DNA of 63,612 bases, filler included, from Actinomycetota bacterium (lineage in GTDB: Bacteria > Actinomycetota > Acidimicrobiia > Spongiisociales > UBA4744): NCBI GenBank assembly GCA_013152275.1. It is 5 parts of 5 records of this genome, joined end to end, with 100 filler letters (N's around TTAATTAATTAA, not from the genome) between each part and the next. Parts side by side here need not be neighbours in the genome. Positions count along the whole stretch, not along the records: positions 55,133 to 60,032 come from JAADGS010000051.1; positions 60,133 to 63,612 come from JAADGS010000084.1; 3 more parts are not named here. One strand, 5' to 3'. The position numbers were made by a program, and so were the translations under genes. Shown here in pieces: positions 57,614 through 63,612 of this stretch; position 1 is the stretch's first letter; every line of letters starts with the position of its first letter. The notes below the pieces were generated by a model. That model saw only the letters and a program-made list of their open reading frames with translations, made no database searches and was not told the origin of the DNA.

Positions 57614-57852
57614 CCGGCGGCGAGATCAACTATGACCGCTGGTACCCGGAGGTGCCGGCGGTGATGGACACGAGACAGCTCGCCGGGCTGTTGGGCACCA
57701 ACGTGCAGATCGTGCGCGCCTGGGTACGCGAAGGGATCATCCCCGCCCACCGGCTACCCGGCGGCCGTAAACTCACGTTCCTCCGCCACGAGATCTTCCA
57801 ATGGCTCATCGCGAACCGGTACGAACCGACCGCTGAGCAACGAGGACGCTGA
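57610..57852 (+). CDS. Excisionase-like HTH_17 protein
   Basis: VMDTRQLAGLLG..VRAWVREGIIPAHRLPGGRKLTFLRHEIFQWL; GTGA overlap. Confidence 0.8.
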   Translation: MTGGEINYDRWYPEVPAVMDTRQLAGLLGTNVQIVRAWVREGIIPAHRLPGGRKLTFLRHEIFQWLIANRYEPTAEQRGR

Positions 57853-58310
57853 CACCGGGAGTGCCCCCGCCTTCAGTCCCGATCGAAGCGCCGCTCGAAC
57901 ATCGCTGGTGGCTATCACCGCCGGGTCCTGTCCGGGCCACTATCCCTAGCCAGGAACCTCGAGGTTCGCAGAGAGGGAAAAGGTCGCATGCGCCGAGAAC
58001 CTGAAGGAACCGAACCCGTCCGGCAGGCCGTCAGAGCCGACACGCTGAAGTTTCGGCGACATGTGGCCCTGGCACGCTCTTGGCCGCTTCCTTGTGGGCC
58101 GTCGGGTTGTCGGATTCGGAGCGTCACCGATTGGTAACGGAGATCTGGTGAACTTCGTCTTGGCGACATGGTCCGGACCGCGGTGTCGGCGGGGGAGTAA
58201 GACCGGCCACGAGGTGAGGTTCCGGGACGGTTGGTTGGGTGATCGTTGATGGCTTAGGAACAGGGCGGCCTGGCCGCGTATCCGGTCGATCGGTACCGTG
58301 AGACGTCAGG

Positions 58311-58517
58311 TCACCTCCCTGGTTCGTCCGGAATCGGCGGTCGGGGGACACTGAGTTCGACGGTCACGTCGGGCTTCGCAGCCGGCAGCCCGTTGTGCGT
58401 TGCGAGCACCACAGTCTTGGTCTGGGCCACAAGTGAGGCGAACGGGACTCTGAGAGCTTCACCTGACTCCGAATCCGGATCCGAGGTCGGTTCATCGACT
58501 ACGGCATTCTCGAACGG
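58311..58517 (-). pseudogene. ABC transporter ATPase C-terminal remnant
   Basis: AVVDEPTSDPDSESG..KTVVLATH (Walker B, degenerate D-loop, H-switch), preceded by stop codons. Confidence 0.6.
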
Positions 58518-58968
58518 CTACTACGGCTGCACCGACTGCCCAGGCTGCTCCGAGTTCGGGCCCGGTGGTCGTACATGTCACTGCCGCAGAGATGGCGGTC
58601 ATCGTCTGGCCGCCAGTTGTTCACGTCGATCGATGGAACCACAAGGACGTCGTGGTCGTATCCGACAAGCCGTTGATCACTTGGCAGTATCGATTTGCAG
58701 CATCCGATCGTGGAGCGCCTCCAAGTGACTCGGGCGGAACGGTCGGACGGTGATGCGGCCGAGTGTGGGCAGGATATGACGGTCGATCTTGGGCCGATAC
58801 CCGCGCCAGGTGCTACCGGTCGGAGCTGACACGAGTTGAAGCGTCTGATCATGCGGGAGTCGACATGGACAGGTGGGTGTACGGGAACTGAATCATGGAC
58901 TTCGGGCAAGTAGGGGTTGAGGCCCCTTGCAGGGTTGCGGGTCGGCTGGGTGAGCGAGAGGAGAAAGC

Positions 58969-59379
58969 ATGAAGTCGCGTCATGCACGCGGGGTTGCCTT
59001 CGTCCTGGAGGATACGCCTGAGTGTTTCGCGTCCTACGCCGACCTTCTGGAGTCGAGAGGGGTCGCACGTGCATCAGGCTACAGTCCGACCACGGTGGAC
59101 AGAGGAACTCTGGCCGCGGCGGGCATCATTGCCACGCACTATGACATCGACACCGGGTCTTCTATCAGTATCTCGGGTGGACCGTGCAACGGTGGAGGCT
59201 TGACATTGTCAGCCGACTGGAAGAACAGGATCGATGCGACGGCCAGTGTTTGTTACGTGCAGCACTTCGACTGGGACAACTACTGGGTACTGCTGCAAAC
59301 GACGACGCCGCCGTACTACCAGTTGCTCTGGACTCGTAATCAGAACAAGACCAACTCGTTGAAGTACGTCTCCGGGTGA
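58969..59379 (+). CDS. Hypothetical secreted-type protein, possibly degraded
   Basis: SD GAGGAG; SISISGGPC..WKNRID..C..HFD..QNKTNSLKY resembles small actinobacterial secreted beta proteins. Confidence 0.45.
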   Translation: MKSRHARGVAFVLEDTPECFASYADLLESRGVARASGYSPTTVDRGTLAAAGIIATHYDIDTGSSISISGGPCNGGGLTLSADWKNRIDATASVCYVQHFDWDNYWVLLQTTTPPYYQLLWTRNQNKTNSLKYVSG

Positions 59380-59417
59380 CCCCGCTCGGGCCTTTGGGAT
59401 GACTCCAGACAGATAGG

Positions 59418-60032
59418 GTGGGTCAGGTGGAAGATGCGCGCAGCGACGCGGAGATCCTCGCGCAGGTGAGGGTCCATCCGGAGGAGTTCGCGAACATCTT
59501 CCACCGTCACTACGACACGATCCACGGGTATCTGGCTCGAAGGATCGGTCCTGACGTGGCAGATGACCTGGCGTCGGAGGTGTTCCTGGTCGCGTTGCGT
59601 CGAGCAGCAGCGTTTGACGGCCGGGATCGTGAGGCTCTGCCGTGGCTGTACGGGATCGCGACGAACGTGCTGCATCGTCACCGTCGTGATGAGGTTCGTC
59701 GCTGGCGTGCCTTCCAACGTCTCGCCGGTCGAGAAGACGCATACGTCGATGTCGAGTTCGACGCGGTTGAGGACCGTCAGGCCGCCGCTCAGTTCAGGTC
59801 GTGCCTGGCTGCTGCGTTGAGCGAGATGGGGCGTCACCGTCGAGACGTACTCCTTCTCCACGCGTGGGAAGGACTCACCTATGAACAGATCGCACACGCA
59901 CTCGGCGTACCGGTAGGGACGGTGCGGTCCCGACTGTGGCGGGCACGCCGGATGGTGAGGGAACTCTGCGAACCGACCGGACAACAAACAGGTGACGGCC
60001 ACCTTCCGATCGACAGAGGAGGATCCCAATGA
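59418..60032 (+). CDS. ECF RNA polymerase sigma-70 factor
   Basis: ADDLASEVFL, LPWLYGIATN, LLHAWEGLTYEQIAHALGVPVGTVRSRL; ATGA overlap with a gene lost at the linker. Confidence 0.92.
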   Translation: MGQVEDARSDAEILAQVRVHPEEFANIFHRHYDTIHGYLARRIGPDVADDLASEVFLVALRRAAAFDGRDREALPWLYGIATNVLHRHRRDEVRRWRAFQRLAGREDAYVDVEFDAVEDRQAAAQFRSCLAAALSEMGRHRRDVLLLHAWEGLTYEQIAHALGVPVGTVRSRLWRARRMVRELCEPTGQQTGDGHLPIDRGGSQ

Positions 60033-60132
60033 NNNNNNNNNNNNNNNNNNNNNNNNNNNNNNNNNNNNNNNNNNNNTTAATTAATTAANNNNNNNNNNNN
60101 NNNNNNNNNNNNNNNNNNNNNNNNNNNNNNNN
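60033..60132. other. Artificial contig linker
   Basis: N/TTAATTAATTAA. Confidence 0.99.
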
Positions 60133-60466
60133 TGATGACGGGAACGTGCAGGTTCTCGAGACGGCCGAACACGTCGCGAACGAGCAATCCGAGAGGATCA
60201 TGGATGAGGCCTGCTTCGAACTCTTTGCCCCGACTCTTGAGATCGGCACCGACACAGAACGCCTTGTCACCGGATGCGGTGACGACGAGCACACGCGTAT
60301 CGGGGTCGGCCTCGATGCCGGCGATGATGGCCGCCATCGTCTCGAGCATGGGCACCGTCAAGGCGTTCATCGCCTTGGGACGGTTCAGCGTCAGAACCCC
60401 TACGGCACCATCACGTTCATAGAGGACGGGTTCCTCCGGCGATGCACTGGCCTGGCTATCTGTCAC
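60133..60466 (-). CDS. Enoyl-CoA hydratase/isomerase, 3' truncated
   Basis: LTLNRPKAMNAL, KAFCVGADL, PVI. Confidence 0.88.
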
Positions 60467-60490
60467 TGCTGTCTCCTCTCGTCGAACATC

Positions 60491-61696
60491 TCAGTCACTG
60501 GATCCTGTGATCACGACACCGGCGTCGAGGAGTCCCTCGATCTCGTCGGTTCCGAATCCACATTCTTTCAGAATCTCGTCGGTGTGCTCGCCCGCCACTG
60601 GTGGGGACGACACAGCGAAGTCTCCGGGTGTCTCGGACAGTCGGCCGGGGAACACCGGTGAACGGACTTCACCGGTCGCGGGATGCTCGACCGTGACGAT
60701 CGAGTCCCCGGTCACGATGTGCTCCTGTTGGATCAGTTCGGGGTACGACAGCAGGGGTCCACAGATGACGTCGACGGTGTCGAGGATCTCTACCCACTCT
60801 GCCGTCGTCCTTTCACGGAACAGGGGTTCGAGGATCTCACGCAGCGCAGGCCGACCGTTCACCCGCTTCTCGTTCGTGTCGAAACGTGAGTCGGTCGCCA
60901 GGCCCGGTTGGCCGAGCGCAGCGCACAGAGCGGGCCACCGCTTCGGCGTGTAGGCAGCGACCATGACGTGACCGTCACTCGTCGGGAAGGCCTCATTGGG
61001 TGCAGCGTAAGGGGCGGCGCTCCCGAGGCGTTGGGGCGGTCGACCACTGGCGAGGAACATCGAGAGCGGCACGACCTGGTACGCAAGGAGTGAGTCGAGG
61101 AGCGATACATCGACTCGCTGCCCTCTGCCGGTCCGCTCTCTGGCGAACAGGGCCGCGAGGATCGCCTGGGAGGCGAACACGCCGCCGGCCATGTCCGCTG
61201 CGGGCACACCGACCTTGACGGGTGGTCCGTCCGGCGTTCCCGTGACGCTCATGATCCCACCCATCGCCTGAGCAACACCATCGACTCCGGGACGGTCCCG
61301 CCACGGGCCGGTCTGACCGAAGGCCGATATGGCTGCATAGATCGCCCGGGGGTTGCGTTCGGCGACCGCGTCGTAGCCGATACCGAGCCGGTCCGCGACT
61401 CCGGGGCGGAAACTCTCCAGGACGACGTCGGACCGTTCGACGAGTCGGAGAACGACGTCGGCCCCTCCTGCCGTCTTGAGGTCGATGATGATGCTGCGCT
61501 TGTTGCGGTTCATGCCCAGGAACGCTGCAGCGGCACCACCGACGAACGGCGGGCCGAGACGACGTCCCCACTCGCCACCGGGTGGCTCGACCTTCCAGAT
61601 CTTCGCTCCGAGGTCACCGAGGTGCATCGCACACGTCGGGCCTGCAGCTCCCTGGGAAAGGTCGAGCACCGTTACGCCGTCAAGTGCGCCTGGCAT
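60491..61696 (-). CDS. CoA-transferase family III (CaiB/BaiF)
   Basis: LDGVTVLDL..AGP, DLGA..KVE, NRNKRS, ESFRPG, FGQTGP, ADMAGG; SD GAGGAGG. Confidence 0.93.
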   Translation of the reverse strand: MPGALDGVTVLDLSQGAAGPTCAMHLGDLGAKIWKVEPPGGEWGRRLGPPFVGGAAAAFLGMNRNKRSIIIDLKTAGGADVVLRLVERSDVVLESFRPGVADRLGIGYDAVAERNPRAIYAAISAFGQTGPWRDRPGVDGVAQAMGGIMSVTGTPDGPPVKVGVPAADMAGGVFASQAILAALFARERTGRGQRVDVSLLDSLLAYQVVPLSMFLASGRPPQRLGSAAPYAAPNEAFPTSDGHVMVAAYTPKRWPALCAALGQPGLATDSRFDTNEKRVNGRPALREILEPLFRERTTAEWVEILDTVDVICGPLLSYPELIQQEHIVTGDSIVTVEHPATGEVRSPVFPGRLSETPGDFAVSSPPVAGEHTDEILKECGFGTDEIEGLLDAGVVITGSSD

Positions 61697-61700
61697 CTGC

Positions 61701-62306
61701 CTATGCCTCCTCATCGTGGCCGGTCGGCCGGCTCGTCGAAGCTCCGCGAACGACGAAACCAGCGATCTCCGCGGCGATCTCGTCCGGGGAGTACACACCA
61801 GATGGCTGGTACCAGCGCACGACAGAGTTGCACATGCCGAGGATCGCTTTGACCGCGACACCGGCATCCTGGTCGACGAAGTCGCCGGACGCTATCCCCT
61901 CGTCGAACATCTCGCGGAAGATGAGCTCGTACCGGTCACGGTTCGTGATGTGATTCGCCATGAAGTCGGGGCTCAGGTAGCGGCCCTCCTCGATGAAGCA
62001 GGCAACCGCGTCGCGGTCGTGGATGGCCTCGACCGTGTGGAGATCGATCGCCCTGCGTAACCGCTCGGCGATCGGGAGGTCTGAGTCTGCCACTTCTCGC
62101 ACAAGGGGTGTCACACGGTTGACGGTCAGTTCGATGATCTCGGACAGGAGGGCCTGCTTGCTCGGGAAGTGGTGGTACAGGCTCGACTTACTGATCCCGA
62201 CCTCTGCAGCGAGGTCGGCCATGCTGGTCCCGTTGAACCCCTTGTTGCGAAAGAGCGCTGCAGCCTCCCTGCGGATGCGCTCCCGCGTGGTGAGGTCACC
62301 CGTCAT
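61701..62306 (-). CDS. TetR family regulator (KstR2-like)
   Basis: AALFRNKGFNGTSMADLAAEVGISKSSLYHHFPSK; NSVVRWY. Confidence 0.9.
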   Translation of the reverse strand: MTGDLTTRERIRREAAALFRNKGFNGTSMADLAAEVGISKSSLYHHFPSKQALLSEIIELTVNRVTPLVREVADSDLPIAERLRRAIDLHTVEAIHDRDAVACFIEEGRYLSPDFMANHITNRDRYELIFREMFDEGIASGDFVDQDAGVAVKAILGMCNSVVRWYQPSGVYSPDEIAAEIAGFVVRGASTSRPTGHDEEA

Positions 62307-62839
62307 GCCGTGCCGCCACCCACCAGTTCTCTGCCGGCCTGCAACGCCTCGAGGTTCATCTCGCGGTGCTTTGGGGGGACACGGGCCGCAACGGCCTCAC
62401 GCAGAGCATCCGCATCGACGACGTCCTCGAGTGCCTGGATCACGCCGAGGGCGACAACACCGGTCACGACCTGGCTTCCTGAGATCGCCCGTGCCGTGTC
62501 GACTATGGCGAACTGGCGGGCGTCTCCGTTGAGATCGCTCGGCGCACACCGACTATCGACGACCAGTCGGCCTTCCGACGACAGTTCGGGTTCGTACCGT
62601 GAGTACGCCTCGCCACTCAGGACGATGAGGAGATCGATGTCGTCGGCGAGAGGGAACCCGATCTCTCCCGACGCAATGACGACGTCTGAGCGGCTTGCAC
62701 CGCCCCGGGACTGTGGACCGTACACCTGAGAGTGTGTGGCGTCGTTTCCAGACAGGATTGCAGCCTCGGCGAGGATGCGGCCTGCCGTCACGACGCCTTG
62801 TCCACCGGCCCCGGCGATCCTGATCTCGTTACGACTCAT
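62303..62839 (-). CDS. 2-oxoacid:acceptor oxidoreductase gamma subunit
   Basis: IRIAGAGGQG, QVYGPQSRGGASRSDV. Confidence 0.9.
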   Translation of the reverse strand: MSRNEIRIAGAGGQGVVTAGRILAEAAILSGNDATHSQVYGPQSRGGASRSDVVIASGEIGFPLADDIDLLIVLSGEAYSRYEPELSSEGRLVVDSRCAPSDLNGDARQFAIVDTARAISGSQVVTGVVALGVIQALEDVVDADALREAVAARVPPKHREMNLEALQAGRELVGGGTA

Positions 62840-63612
62840 GGTCCTCGACCTTTCGTACACCGGCGTACACAGAACGAATCTCTCGTTGAAGCACTCCCGT
62901 CTTCATCCCCTGCGGCGGAGCCTGTGTCGGGATGTGTTTCACGAAACGCTTCTCTGCGAGGGGACCTGCCACCCCTTCGTCCCTCACCGACATCCAGGTG
63001 AGCATCTCTGCACCGCCACCGACCTTGTTGTAACGCCCGAAGTACTCGGGGCAGTCGCTGATGACCTCGATGAACGAGAAGCCGGGGTGGCTCAGCCCGT
63101 CCACCATGATCTTCGTCATGTCCATCGGGTTCGCCGCGAGCACGCGAGCGACGAAGGATGCGCCTGCTCCCATGAGCAGCTTGCATGCGTCGAAGTTCGG
63201 CTCCGTGTTCCCCGCAGGCGTCGTCGATGCGAGCGCCCCCTCGGGAGTGGTCGGAGCGGCCTGGCCGCCGGTCATCCCGTAGATCGAGTTGTTGAGGAGC
63301 AGGACCGTGATGTCGATGTTCCTCCGTGCCGCATGGATCAGGTGATTGCCACCGATTGCAAGGGCGTCACCATCTCCGGTGACGACGACGACGTTGAGGT
63401 CCGGGCGGGCGAGCTTGAGGCCTGTGGCGAACGCCGGTGCCCTGCCGTGGGTCCCATGCAACGTACAGAAGTCCACGTAGCCGACGAGGCGGCTGCTGCA
63501 GCCGATACCTGCGACCATCGCGAGCTTGTCCTGGTCGATCTGGAGTTGATCGACGGCGTTCAGGAACGATCGCAACACGATTCCGTGTGCACATCCAGGG
63601 CACAGCACGTGG
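62829..63612 (-). CDS. 2-oxoacid:ferredoxin oxidoreductase beta subunit, 5' truncated
   Basis: CPGC, GIGCSSR, HGRA..ATG, GDGDALAIGGNH, NNSIYGMTGGQ. Confidence 0.93.
   Translation of the reverse strand, partial: HVLCPGCAHGIVLRSFLNAVDQLQIDQDKLAMVAGIGCSSRLVGYVDFCTLHGTHGRAPAFATGLKLARPDLNVVVVTGDGDALAIGGNHLIHAARRNIDITVLLLNNSIYGMTGGQAAPTTPEGALASTTPAGNTEPNFDACKLLMGAGASFVARVLAANPMDMTKIMVDGLSHPGFSFIEVISDCPEYFGRYNKVGGGAEMLTWMSVRDEGVAGPLAEKRFVKHIPTQAPPQGMKTGVLQREIRSVYAGVRKVEDHES

Overview
High-GC actinobacterial DNA, most consistent with class Acidimicrobiia (inferred from the thrS / pgsA-patA-pimA / pdxST / yebC-ruvCAB synteny and TCGAAC-N4-GTTCGA LexA boxes). The window is five contigs joined by artificial 100-nt N/TTAATTAATTAA linkers (1-26008, 26109-50005, 50106-55032, 55133-60032, 60133-63612), so adjacency across linkers means nothing. 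Contig 1: purine catabolism genes (xanthine dehydrogenase-type trio, two deaminases), a probable pseudokinase, a MITE, thrS, MMPL, a eukaryote-type citrate synthase, EF-G2, PIM synthesis, pdxST, yebC, ruvCAB and partial queA. Contig 2: a giant surface protein, then an accessory region downstream of tRNA-Ala(GGC) with cargo genes (DUF885, MDR reductase, AbiE toxin-antitoxin, NUDIX, GntR, GNAT) interleaved with three tyrosine-integrase 3' remnants and a repeated 53-60 bp hairpin, then rsfS, nadD, MoxR/VWA, an extended Trk operon with an unannotated 50-aa membrane microprotein, obg, rpmA and probably the tail of rplU. Contig 3: a split GlcD/GlcF-like oxidoreductase cluster and a DUF411/CopG lipoprotein whose first motif Cys is an in-frame UGA followed by a SECIS-like hairpin (candidate selenoprotein; top finding). 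Contig 4: LexA-boxed DUF222-HNH gene, a tRNA-Ile2 half-site (att) followed by two excisionase-like genes, and an ECF sigma factor. Contig 5: 2-oxoacid oxidoreductase beta/gamma, TetR, CoA-transferase III and enoyl-CoA hydratase. All product calls come from motif recognition by eye; no database searches were run.
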